Below the pieces are notes generated by a model. It did not search any database. It saw only the letters and a program-made list of their open reading frames with translations, and had not been told where the DNA came from. From the NCBI GenBank assembly GCA_022711455.1, contig JAKLEY010000001.1, forward strand, positions 1 through 50,014: a stretch of 50,014 bases of DNA, written 5' to 3'. The DNA comes from Candidatus Cloacimonadota bacterium. Its GTDB lineage: Bacteria; Cloacimonadota; Cloacimonadia; Cloacimonadales; Cloacimonadaceae. Made by a program: the position numbers and the translations under genes. How positions within the stretch are numbered: position 1 is the first letter of the stretch; every line of letters begins with the position of its first letter. Positions 9,079 to 17,244 of the stretch are shown here, piece by piece.

Positions 9079-9420
9079 TCACTTCTTCTTGGGCTTGGGC
9101 AGCGGCAGTTCCGCAACTGTGACTCTTAGCAGTTCTGTGAGCTTTTGTTTGTCGTCCCATTCATCTTCCGGGATCAGGAACCAGAGCTTGGCACCGGGAT
9201 AGGGCTGACCCTCTTCCGGGCTGACCAGAAAGGCTTTTCCGGCTTCAGTGGGTTTGATGAAGAGCAGATCATCACAGACGAGGGCTATCATCCTGCCCTC
9301 GAGGTAGATGCCGTATTCACCGAACATCTTTTTCGCGCTGACCTCGCCAGCGTCCCGCATTTGATCCAGCAGATAATCGATCGTACTTTGTTTACTTCCC
9401 ATGTTCTTCCCCAAATTCAA
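9079..9420 (-). CDS. TfoX/Sxy N-terminal domain protein
   Basis: 113 aa. The sequence ...VSAKKMFGEYGIYLEGRMIALVCDDLLFIKPT... matches the TfoX_N pattern. An alternative start is the ATG at 9402. Confidence 0.7.
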   Translation of the reverse strand: MNLGKNMGSKQSTIDYLLDQMRDAGEVSAKKMFGEYGIYLEGRMIALVCDDLLFIKPTEAGKAFLVSPEEGQPYPGAKLWFLIPEDEWDDKQKLTELLRVTVAELPLPKPKKK

Positions 9421-9519
9421 TATGTTTACAGGACAATCTAATCTCTCTCACGGAGATTACAAATGCAGACCCGCGAACAAAAGCTTGACATTCTGCAGCC
9501 CTGCATTATTGATATCACC

Positions 9520-10902
9520 ATGAAGAAAGAGAGCCTGATCCGATACCTAACTGCCCCAGGTCCAAGGAATTGGGCGGGCAGGATCGCGCTCTGTGCAGTT
9601 GTCCTGATATTGCTGTGGAGCTTGTTTCCTTCCTCTCTTCCGGCCTGCGCGATGAGTGCTGTGATCACCCAACACAGACAGGCTCTGGATACTTTTCCGG
9701 AGGTGGGAAAGCCTGCAGATTACAGGGCTTACAACGATCCCTGGGATTATCTCAGCTTCACCATGGCAAATTCCACCGCGGGTTCCAATTCGGACGGTTA
9801 TGGAGTGGTGGCATATCCTCTGGGGGACAGCGCTCCGCAGCAAAGACTGAGCTGGTATAAGCGGGTAAGCGCTTCGGCAGATTTTGGCAGGACTTATTAC
9901 AGTGGTCCGCAGTTTGAGGACAGTTTGGATCTGGCAGGGTCTCAGGAAGCCTTTGATGAGGCTCTGAATACCATAAACAGCGGATCCGGGGGAATCGGAA
10001 TCGTGCTTTCTCACGCACGCAATGCCACCGGAGCCACTCTGGGAAATCACCCCTTCACCTTCGAATATCAGGGCCGGAACTATGCTTTCATGCACAACGG
10101 CTATTGCAACAACGCCCGCGATTTCATGATCAACGGTATCCGCGAGATGAATCCGGACTGGTTTGAGGAGCATCCCAGCAACCACTTTGCGGATCCCGAT
10201 CCCTATCGCTGGGTGGACACGGAGGTCCTGTTCCATTACATCATGAGCTTTATCGTTGCCAGGCAGGGGGATACTCTGGACGGACTGCAACGCGCTATGG
10301 CCAAGCTGAGGCACTATCTGCTGCAGACCAACAGCGGGGTATACAATTTCGTAATGAGCGACGGGGAAAAGCTTTACGTGTTTCGCAGCAGCCCCTTGAG
10401 CGGGGGGAATTCAGGCTATCGGATATCGTATAAAAGCTTTGCAGGGAAGTTCTATGGCATCCGCACTCAGGCTCCGCAAGCCGGAGATAAAGAACTGCGG
10501 CCCAGAGAATTGGTGGTCTTTTCGCAGGATCAGGAACCCCAATGCTGCCCCGATTTCCCCCAATACGATTTTCCGGATGAGCCTCCTCCTCAGCATCACG
10601 CCATCCGCAATAAACTGGATGATCTGGTCACCAGCGTCTCCGTCTACCCCAATCCCTCTGCAGGATTCATGCGGATCAAGATCGCGCTGAGCGCGGCCTC
10701 TCCTGTGGAGACCAGGATTTATAACCTAAAAGGGGAGGAAGTCTGGCACGAACGCACAGCTGATAAGCCACCGGGGATCCATGACTTTTTCTGGAACGGA
10801 TGTGATTTGCAGGGAAAACCTTTGACAACAGGCGTTTATCTGCTTCGGATAGACGCAGGAGATGTCACGCGCTGGGGAAAGATCGTCAGAATTAAAAATT
10901 AA
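9520..10902 (+). CDS. Secreted class-II (Ntn, YafJ-type) glutamine amidotransferase-like protein with T9SS C-terminal sorting domain
   Basis: Start placed at MKKESL (9520). Hydrophobic signal ends ...SSLPA|C. YafJ-like blocks are SDGYGVVAY, SHARNATGATLGNHPFTF and YAFMHNGY. The C-terminal ~85 aa, VYPNPSAGFMRIKI...GVYLLRIDAG...IVRIKN, is a Por_Secre_tail-type CTD. Confidence 0.7.
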   Translation: MKKESLIRYLTAPGPRNWAGRIALCAVVLILLWSLFPSSLPACAMSAVITQHRQALDTFPEVGKPADYRAYNDPWDYLSFTMANSTAGSNSDGYGVVAYPLGDSAPQQRLSWYKRVSASADFGRTYYSGPQFEDSLDLAGSQEAFDEALNTINSGSGGIGIVLSHARNATGATLGNHPFTFEYQGRNYAFMHNGYCNNARDFMINGIREMNPDWFEEHPSNHFADPDPYRWVDTEVLFHYIMSFIVARQGDTLDGLQRAMAKLRHYLLQTNSGVYNFVMSDGEKLYVFRSSPLSGGNSGYRISYKSFAGKFYGIRTQAPQAGDKELRPRELVVFSQDQEPQCCPDFPQYDFPDEPPPQHHAIRNKLDDLVTSVSVYPNPSAGFMRIKIALSAASPVETRIYNLKGEEVWHERTADKPPGIHDFFWNGCDLQGKPLTTGVYLLRIDAGDVTRWGKIVRIKN

Positions 10903-10946
10903 GAATTAAGAATTAAGCAGCGCGGTGTCAGCTTAATTCTTAATTC
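10903..10946 (+). terminator. Perfect 16-bp-stem AT-rich hairpin directly after the stop of the amidotransferase-like gene
   Basis: GAATTAAGAATTAAGC-agcgcggtgtca-GCTTAATTCTTAATTC followed by aaaaaag. It is built from AATTAAG words. Confidence 0.5.
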
Positions 10947-10975
10947 AAAAAAGAAGACCCCCCTAAGGAGGTCTT
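10947..10975 (-). terminator. Rho-independent terminator downstream of tRNA-Ala
   Basis: The minus strand reads AAGACC-tccttagggg-GGTCTT followed by CTTTTTT. Confidence 0.6.
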
Positions 10976-10982
10976 GATTATC

Positions 10983-11058
10983 TGGTGGAGCTAAGGGGAT
11001 TCGAACCCCTGGCCTATACATTGCGAACGTATCGCTCTACCAACTGAGCTATAGCCCC
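10983..11058 (-). tRNA. tRNA-Ala (anticodon CGC), CCA encoded
   Basis: The reverse complement GGGGCTATAGCTCAGTTGGTAGAGCGATACGTTCGCAATGTATAGGCCAGGGGTTCGAATCCCCTTAGCTCCACCA folds as a cloverleaf. It has the G3:U70 alanine identity pair, anticodon loop TTCGCAA and T-loop GGTTCGAAT. Confidence 0.95.
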
Positions 11059-11125
11059 ATTCATTTCTTAGTGACGAGTAATGAGTGACGAGTGACGGGA
11101 GGGCTGCTCCTGTGCTTGTCAATTC

Positions 11126-13786
11126 TTAGCTCAACAAATCCTTTAGCAGCTCTTTTGTCAAGGACAGTTTTGTGCCCACTTCTTCCAGCTTTTCACGTTC
11201 TTTGCTGATCACTTCAGCTTTGGCGTGGGCAATGAAATTCTCATTGGAGAGCTTATTGTGGATCGAAGCATATTCCTTTTCCAATTTATCAATCTGTTTG
11301 GAGAGTCTGGACTGTTCTGCCTCAGGATCAACCAAACCACTGAGCGGCAGGAAGATCTCGACGTTGCGTACCACGGAGGCGATTGCCGGCTTGGGTTTAT
11401 CCAAACCTATTCCAACGGTGCTTTCAGCCACTTTTGCCAGCTTGCCCAGATAGGAGGCATAAGCTTCAAAGAGCTGTTTTTGAGCTTCTTCTGCAATGCG
11501 GATCACGATCTTCACTTCCGTGGAGGGCGGAAGGTTGATCTGCTTGCGCAGGTTGCGGATAGCGGAGATGGATTCCTGAATCAAGCCCATATCGGATGAG
11601 ATCTGCGGCTTGATCAGCTCCGGATTCACTTCCGGGAAGGCAGCTGTGATCAGGGCTGTCTCTTCCATGGGGAAGAGCAGGCGGATGCTCTGCCAGATCT
11701 CCTCGGTGATAAAGGGCATGATCGGATGCAAGAGGCGCATGGACTTCTGCATCACATCCAGCAGGATGTATTTGACCTGCATGCGTTTATCTTCTGTTCC
11801 CGCCTCCGGTTCACGGTAGAGCCGGTCCTTGGAAAGCTCGATATACCAGGAGCAAAAATCGTCCCAAATGAACTGGAAGAGGCATTGCGCGGCATCGTTC
11901 AAGCGCAGGTTCTCATAGTGTTCACGCGCTTGCAGAGTAACCTCATTCAAGCGTGAATAGATCCACTGATCCGCCAGTTCGAGCTCTGTAACGGTTTCGG
12001 GCAAGCCGGGAATTGCCTCCGCGTTCATCATGATGAAGCGGTAGGCGTTCCAGATCTTGTTGGCAAAGTTGCGTCCCGTTTCCAGCATGGCATCGCTGTA
12101 GAAGACGTCCGCGCCTTTGGGGGTGTTGAAGATCATGGAAAAACGCAGGGCATCGGCTCCAAAACTGGCAATAATATCGATCGGATCCGGGGAATTACCC
12201 AGGGATTTGCTCATTTTGCGTCCCTGTTCATCCCGCACCGTTCCGTGCAGCAGCACGGTATCAAAGGGGATCACACCTCTGAAATGGAGGGTGGACATGA
12301 TCATCCTTGCCACCCAGAGATATATGATCTCCGGAGCCGTGATCAACACATTGGTGGGCAGAAAGTACTGCAGGTCAGGTGTTTCGTCCGGCCAACCCAT
12401 GGTCGAGAAAGGCCAGAGCCAGCTGCTGAACCAGGTGTCCAGCACGTCTTCATCCTGACGGAATTGCTTGCCTCCACACTGAGGACAGCTCTCCGGCTGC
12501 TCTTTGGAGACCTGCATCTGATTGCAGGACAAACAGTAATATGCAGGGATGCGATGGCCCCACCAGATCTGGCGCGAGATGCACCAATCCCGGATATTAT
12601 TCATCCAGTGCATATAAACTTTGGTCCAGCGCTCAGGCTGGAACTTCACTTCACCGCTTTCCACGACTGCGATTGCCTGCTCTGCCAGGGGTTTCATCTT
12701 CACGAACCACTGATCCGAAAGATAGGGCTCGATCACGGTGTCGCAGCGGTAGCAATGGCCCACGGCATGTTCATGGCTTTTGGTCTCTGCCAGCAGTCCT
12801 TGCTCTTCTAATTTGGAGAGGATGAGCTTGCGGCAGGCATAGCGATCCAGACCTTCAAAGTCTTGTCCCGCAGCGGCATTCATCACTCCGTGCTCATCCA
12901 GGACCAACAGCTGAGGCAGGTCGTGGCGCAAGCCGATCTCAAAATCATTGGGATCGTGCGCGGGGGTAACTTTCACGCAGCCCGTGCCAAAGCTCATATC
13001 CACATAATCATCTGCGATCACGGGGATCTTTCTGCCGCTGAGAGGTAGGATCAGTTCCTTGCCCAGAAGATGGGTATAGCGTTTATCTTTGGGATTGATG
13101 GCCACAGCCACGTCTCCCAGCATGGTTTCCGGACGCGTAGTTGCAACTGTCACAAAGCCTTCACCCTCGGCATAGGGATAGCGGATCTGCCAGAGGCTGC
13201 CGCTTTCATCCGCGTGTTCCACTTCGTCGTTGGCAAGGGCAGTCACGCAACGCGGACACCAGTTGATGATATATTTTCCCTTGTAGATCAGGCCTTGTTC
13301 ATAGAGGCTCACGAAGACCTCTTTTACCGCTATGGACAGCATTTCGTCCATGGTGAAGCGCTGCCGCTCCCAATCGCAGGAAGCGCCCAGCAGTTTGAGC
13401 TGTTCGATGATGATATTGCCTTTCTCGTTTTTCCAGTTCCAGATCAGTTCGATCAGCTTCTCACGTCCGATCTGATGCCGGCTGAGGCCTTCTTTGGCCA
13501 GCTGTTTTTCCACCACATTCTGGGTGGCTATCCCAGCGTGATCCACACCCGGGAGCCAGAGCGTGGGCTCGCCCAGCATGCGGTGATAACGGACAACGAC
13601 ATCTTGCAGAGTGTTATTGAGCACGTGACCCATGTGCAGAATTCCGGTCACGTTGGGGGGCGGGATGAGCAGAGTAAAGGGCTTCTTGGAAGGATCCGCG
13701 GTGGCCTTAAAATAGCCTCCGTCCTCCCAGAATTTGTACCACTTACGCTCGATCCGGGCAGCTTCATAAGCTTTGTTGATTTCCAT
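11126..13786 (-). CDS. valS: valine--tRNA ligase
   Basis: Start placed at MEINKAYE (ATG at 13786, AGAGGA RBS). Contains the HIGH-type motif LHMGH, KMSKS, the editing domain and a C-terminal coiled coil. 886 aa. Confidence 0.95.
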   Translation of the reverse strand: MEINKAYEAARIERKWYKFWEDGGYFKATADPSKKPFTLLIPPPNVTGILHMGHVLNNTLQDVVVRYHRMLGEPTLWLPGVDHAGIATQNVVEKQLAKEGLSRHQIGREKLIELIWNWKNEKGNIIIEQLKLLGASCDWERQRFTMDEMLSIAVKEVFVSLYEQGLIYKGKYIINWCPRCVTALANDEVEHADESGSLWQIRYPYAEGEGFVTVATTRPETMLGDVAVAINPKDKRYTHLLGKELILPLSGRKIPVIADDYVDMSFGTGCVKVTPAHDPNDFEIGLRHDLPQLLVLDEHGVMNAAAGQDFEGLDRYACRKLILSKLEEQGLLAETKSHEHAVGHCYRCDTVIEPYLSDQWFVKMKPLAEQAIAVVESGEVKFQPERWTKVYMHWMNNIRDWCISRQIWWGHRIPAYYCLSCNQMQVSKEQPESCPQCGGKQFRQDEDVLDTWFSSWLWPFSTMGWPDETPDLQYFLPTNVLITAPEIIYLWVARMIMSTLHFRGVIPFDTVLLHGTVRDEQGRKMSKSLGNSPDPIDIIASFGADALRFSMIFNTPKGADVFYSDAMLETGRNFANKIWNAYRFIMMNAEAIPGLPETVTELELADQWIYSRLNEVTLQAREHYENLRLNDAAQCLFQFIWDDFCSWYIELSKDRLYREPEAGTEDKRMQVKYILLDVMQKSMRLLHPIMPFITEEIWQSIRLLFPMEETALITAAFPEVNPELIKPQISSDMGLIQESISAIRNLRKQINLPPSTEVKIVIRIAEEAQKQLFEAYASYLGKLAKVAESTVGIGLDKPKPAIASVVRNVEIFLPLSGLVDPEAEQSRLSKQIDKLEKEYASIHNKLSNENFIAHAKAEVISKEREKLEEVGTKLSLTKELLKDLLS

Positions 13787-13969
13787 TTTGTTTTCCTCTT
13801 GATGTCGTTGTTTGGGCTGCCTTGAGCAAAAACTGAGGAAGGGGGATGGTGTCAAGGATTTAAGTTATGAGTGATGAGTAATGAGTGATGTGAGGGCGCT
13901 GGCTCCGGATCGCACACAAGACGTGTGCGATCCGTTTCACGCGCAGGGACAAAGCCCTGCGATCCTGCT

Positions 13970-14446
13970 CTAATTCCAGCGTTTGTGCCAGTATTGAACC
14001 GGCCCTTGGGGGTTGAAGTAGTTCATATATTTTAGGGGTTCATAGTCATTCCAGGGTCCTGCTCCCCAGAGTTCTTTTGCCAGCACCCAGGATTGAGCGT
14101 ATTCTTCTTTGTTCAAGAGACTGCTCATGCCGCGTATTCCGTCTTCCAGAATGTTATTTATGTCCAGCAGAGCCTTATCCGCGATTATATAGTAGGCAAG
14201 TGATCTCACGAAGTCCTGCTGGACCAGAATTCCGTTGCGATATGTCTCTGCCAGCACCCACCAGGCTTGCGCGCATCCCATTTCAGCCGCTTTATGATAG
14301 TAGAACAGGGCTTTTTGAGGGTCGTAATCCGGAACGCTTGATCTGATATAGGCGTCCCCCAGCATCAGGAAGCCAATCGGGTTATCTTGCTCCGCGGCTT
14401 TGAGGGCCCAGTGCACAGCCTCGTGCCAATCGTATTCCAGGCTCAT
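13970..14446 (-). CDS. Sel1-like (TPR-family) repeat protein, 3' reading-frame segment
   Basis: Sel1 units such as WALKAAEQDNPIGFLMLGDAY and YYHKAAEMGCAQAWWVLAETY. There is no SD in front of the ATG at 14446. The repeat pattern continues upstream in this frame to the A8 tract (see the 14485-14556 feature and the finding). Confidence 0.75.
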   Translation of the reverse strand: MSLEYDWHEAVHWALKAAEQDNPIGFLMLGDAYIRSSVPDYDPQKALFYYHKAAEMGCAQAWWVLAETYRNGILVQQDFVRSLAYYIIADKALLDINNILEDGIRGMSSLLNKEEYAQSWVLAKELWGAGPWNDYEPLKYMNYFNPQGPVQYWHKRWN

Positions 14447-14484
14447 TGCGTAGAGATTGGCAGCGCCCAGGACCAGCTGGGAGA

Positions 14485-14556
14485 TCAGATCTCCTTCTTC
14501 TGCTTTTTTTTCAGTGAGAGCAAGTTCCCGGGGCGATATTCTGCTTGTTCGTACAT
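14485..14556 (-). other. Probable true 5' segment of the Sel1-repeat gene in the 0 frame (23 codons), separated from the main frame by an A8 tract containing A_AAA_AAG
   Basis: GGAGGAACC precedes the ATG at 14556. MYEQAEYRPGNLLSLKKK then runs into a stop. A shift of -1 at 14511-14503 continues as AEEGDLISQLVLGAANLYAMSLEY..., a good Sel1 half-repeat in frame with 14446. Confidence 0.6.
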
Positions 14557-14874
14557 GGTTCCTCCAGTTTAGTAAACGCTTCTGTCTCGGAACTGGATTG
14601 ATTAGTTCCGGAGCGTTTCAAACAAAAAGGAGGAATAAATCAGGGATTTGCGGACAGAGAGGTATTTTCTCCGTGGATGGCATTGGATTCTGGCATAGAT
14701 TCTTCCTCTGAACTGCTGTTTTTTTATCTTGTTAACAAGACCAATAACTCTGCCATGCTTGATTTTAACCATGCAGAGACGAACAACGGGGTCAGGAAAG
14801 CAGGAAAGGGGATTGTTGTCCAGATATTTTTTTGGGTTAACAGGTTAATAAGTTAATGGGTTAATAGTGAGCTT

Positions 14875-14980
14875 GTACCGGCGCTCGCTGTAGCGCCGTT
14901 GTTTCGGTAGTATGGGTAGTGTCGCACTCCGATGCGACAGCAGCACTGCACCCTTGGTTCGGATCGGAGTCCGAACCTAC
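14875..14980. repeat. REP-like cluster (three hairpin families)
   Basis: GTACCGGCGCTcgctgtAGCGCCG at 14875-14898, GTAGTGTCGCActccgaTGCGACA at 14916-14939, and GTTCGGAtcggagTCCGAACCTAC at 14957-14980. Confidence 0.85.
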
Positions 14981-14993
14981 TGCTGGTCATAAG

Positions 14994-15085
14994 CCTGTCT
15001 AACCGCTATCATACCGCTTGCTGACCGCTTTCAAACCGCTTGTCGAACCGTTATGAGAGGGAGGGGCAGGGGGGATGACAGAGAG
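14994..15085 (+). repeat. CCGCT-word / G-rich dispersed element, copy 2
   Basis: cctgtctaaccgctatcataccgcttgctgaccgctttcaaaccgcttgtcg followed by gagagggaggggcagggggg. Confidence 0.8.
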
Positions 15086-15192
15086 ACGTTCAGCAGAGAC
15101 CGGGCGGGGCGGAAGATCAGACCCCAACGGTCGATTTGATTGAGATCTGTCAGCTCAAAACTAATGATCCAGCAAGACAGAGAAAGCTTTGG

Positions 15193-16137
15193 CTAATATG
15201 CTCTTACGAAGAAAAACTTCCTTTCGGTGCCCGCGCTTCCCGACCAATTGGGCTCCGTCAAACCTGTAGCTTCCCGGAACCAATCTTCATGAGCCAGAGA
15301 AGGATCGCTACTGCTGTAGATGGAATAGCCGCTTGCGTTCGGGACCGCATCCCAGCTCAGGTCTACATTGGCTCCTGATCTTGTGATATGCAGATCCTGA
15401 GGGGCGGTCAGATCAGTTATGATGCCTGCTAAGCTCTGAATTTCCGAAGGCGAGAGGAGGCGATCATAGATCCTGACCTCATCGATCTTACCGTGAAAAT
15501 TGTAAGCTGCTCCCTGAGAATCAGATCCGATATACATGCTTGCCACCGTGTTGAAATTGGGAGAGGGGATATTGACCGAGTAAGCAACCGGATTACCATT
15601 GAGATAGATATCGGCTCTTTGCTCATTTGCCTTGTAGGTGATCACCAAATGAGCCCAGGTGTTCAGCGGAACCTCCATCGGAGTGTAGACTCTCGGATCC
15701 ACCCCTCCGCTCACCTGATAGTAGATTCTCCCTACTCCGATACTACTTGCGGATTGCATCCCCGTCAGCGAAAAGAACCATCCTTCCTGAACTCCGGAGC
15801 CTCTCTTGACCAGCAGGGCATCCTGATAGCCCACGTTTCTCTCTGTCTCAAAGAGCCACACACTGATGGAAAACTCCGGACCACTCAAGCGCAGGGGAAG
15901 ATTATCTGCCACAACGATATGATCGTCAATGCCGTCAAACAGATAGGAAGACTCCGGGGTTCCAAAGCGGTCAGTGGATAAAACCGCGCCATGCACGGTT
16001 CCATGGTTGGCATTGGCACTGACGTCATTGGCAGAGCCGGAAAAAGGATAATAGGCCAGCAGTCCGTCGGTCAGACTGGCGGATAAAGTTGACGCAACCA
16101 ATAAACTGGTTACGAACAGAACAAGAGAAAGTTTCAT
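15193..16137 (-). CDS. Secreted LamG-like (concanavalin A-like lectin) domain protein with C-terminal Fn3-like module
   Basis: GGAGG RBS and a signal peptide. The motif LLAYYPFSGSANDVSANANHGTVHGA...SYLFDGIDDHIVV is typical of Laminin_G_3. The tail APQDLHI...VDLSWDAVPNASGYSIYSS is Fn3-like. Confidence 0.75.
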   Translation of the reverse strand: MKLSLVLFVTSLLVASTLSASLTDGLLAYYPFSGSANDVSANANHGTVHGAVLSTDRFGTPESSYLFDGIDDHIVVADNLPLRLSGPEFSISVWLFETERNVGYQDALLVKRGSGVQEGWFFSLTGMQSASSIGVGRIYYQVSGGVDPRVYTPMEVPLNTWAHLVITYKANEQRADIYLNGNPVAYSVNIPSPNFNTVASMYIGSDSQGAAYNFHGKIDEVRIYDRLLSPSEIQSLAGIITDLTAPQDLHITRSGANVDLSWDAVPNASGYSIYSSSDPSLAHEDWFREATGLTEPNWSGSAGTERKFFFVRAY

Positions 16138-16180
16138 TCCTCACCTCCTCATACTTAAAACACATAAGATTCCAAAAAAC

Positions 16181-16320
16181 CGGCGCTACTGCGAGCACAG
16201 ATACACTAAATCCCTGTATCCCTGAAACCCTGTACCCCTGAACAAAAAAGGGCGCTACAGCGAGCGCCCGTACAAGGTCACCATTAACTTATTAACCTAT
16301 TAACTCATTAACTTACTAAC
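16181..16320. repeat. REP-like hairpins plus two word microsatellites (CCCTGNA and TTAAC words)
   Basis: cggcgctactgcgagc at 16181-16196 (degenerate), tccctgtatccctgaaaccctgtacccctgaac at 16211-16243, GGCGCTacagcgAGCGCCcgtac at 16251-16273, and ccattaacttattaacctattaactcattaacttactaac at 16281-16320. Confidence 0.8.
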
Positions 16321-17029
16321 GATTCCAGACCTTCTGCTTCATCTGATAGGCCATGAAAGCGACGCGGTTCACGTTCTTATAATTGATCTGATAGAGGGCG
16401 AGGGTGAGAGTGGTTCCGGCTCCCCAGGTCTCGATCGAATTGGCAGGAACGTTGAAGCTGCGGTCGGAGGGGGAGATGGATTTGATGTATTCGTCCGCGT
16501 AATGTTCTGTGGCGCTCACGTATTTGGAGCTTTGCGCGGCAGCAACCTGGTATTGGTTGTTTCCGCTCAGGGTCCAGCTAAAGGACGCAGCCGCAGCAGG
16601 ATCGAAAGAAGCGGGGAAGCTTGGGTTTGCGACATAGGGCAGGGTCATGGTGGTGGTGGCTTTGACGCTGCCGTTGAAGAGCAGGCTGAATTCATAGGAT
16701 TGGCCTGCGGTAAGATCCGTCTGGGTGTGATAATAGCCAGGGAAGGAGGAGAGCCAGGAGAGGGCAACGCCATCGATCTTGAGCACGAGAACATCCGTGG
16801 GCAGGATGGTGGTGTTGTCTCCGGTGAAGTTGACCATGATCATGAAATCGTTCTCCCTTCCGGCTTCCATGGGGGTGATATTCACGATCCAGTCTGCATT
16901 GTCGGCATTCACGCCAGCCATGTCCGTAGGGTCAAAATCGTCGTTGTTGTCATCGTCATTCCCGCAGGAAATGAGGGTGAAGGACAACGCCAAGAGCAGA
17001 AGCATAAAAATCCAAAAACTACGTTTCAT
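16316..17029 (-). CDS. Hypothetical lipoprotein
   Basis: AAGGAG RBS. Signal peptide with lipobox LISC followed by an acidic linker GNDDDNNDD. No recognisable domain. Confidence 0.6.
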   Translation of the reverse strand: MKRSFWIFMLLLLALSFTLISCGNDDDNNDDFDPTDMAGVNADNADWIVNITPMEAGRENDFMIMVNFTGDNTTILPTDVLVLKIDGVALSWLSSFPGYYHTQTDLTAGQSYEFSLLFNGSVKATTTMTLPYVANPSFPASFDPAAAASFSWTLSGNNQYQVAAAQSSKYVSATEHYADEYIKSISPSDRSFNVPANSIETWGAGTTLTLALYQINYKNVNRVAFMAYQMKQKVWNR

Positions 17030-17244
17030 CTTGAACTCCTTATAGTTAAATCAGTATTGCAAGTTAATTCAGCTTTGATTCAGATGTCAAGCAGAAAAGA
17101 CGGTTTTTGGCTTGGTCGACGGGAGTGCGTGGAGATTTGTCCACATTTGTGGATTGCAGGGCTTTGCCCCTGCCGGGAATGAAGAGAGTTCTCACACAAG
17201 GGGACGAAGCCCTGTGGTCCGGTGGACACATGCCGAATCGGAAT

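Noticed and set aside
9463-9519. The longer N-terminal extensions offered by the ORF track: 9463 for the amidotransferase-like gene, 13855 for valS, 6832 for the GyrI-like gene, 29800 for the adaptor, 31590 for the ABC ATPase, 46953 for the T9SS protein, 5987 and 34274.
   Set aside because: In each case an internal ATG is preceded by a good Shine-Dalgarno sequence. That ATG also begins the conserved N-terminus or the signal peptide. The extensions run into repeats or the upstream gene.
13070-13825. Long antisense ORFs opposite well-supported genes. Examples are 13070-13825 and 12245-12811 opposite valS, 8211-8975 opposite pirin, 17695-18633 opposite lpdA, 18684-19502 opposite E2, 19982-20731 opposite E1b, 24167-24994 opposite DUF4340, 30847-31593 opposite the ABC ATPase, 34301-35017, 40356-41108, 41181-41852, 42003-42575 and 48546-49652.
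   Set aside because: The opposite strand carries motif-supported genes with RBSs and operon-style overlaps. The shadow ORFs lack RBSs, have odd composition (Gly/Arg/His/Asp-rich) and contain no recognisable motifs.
13787-13969. A T-box or other leader riboswitch upstream of valS.
   Set aside because: Only ~70 nt separate the start codon from the word and REP repeats. I found no specifier-loop or T-box consensus (AGAGA...GGTGGTACCGCG-like).
14602-14772. A 56-codon, very basic minus-strand ORF (MVKIKHGRVIGLVNKIKKQQFRGR...) in the 635-nt gap upstream of the Sel1 gene.
   Set aside because: It has no Shine-Dalgarno sequence and no motif I recognise. It overlaps a low-complexity T/A-rich stretch and cannot be supported from sequence alone.
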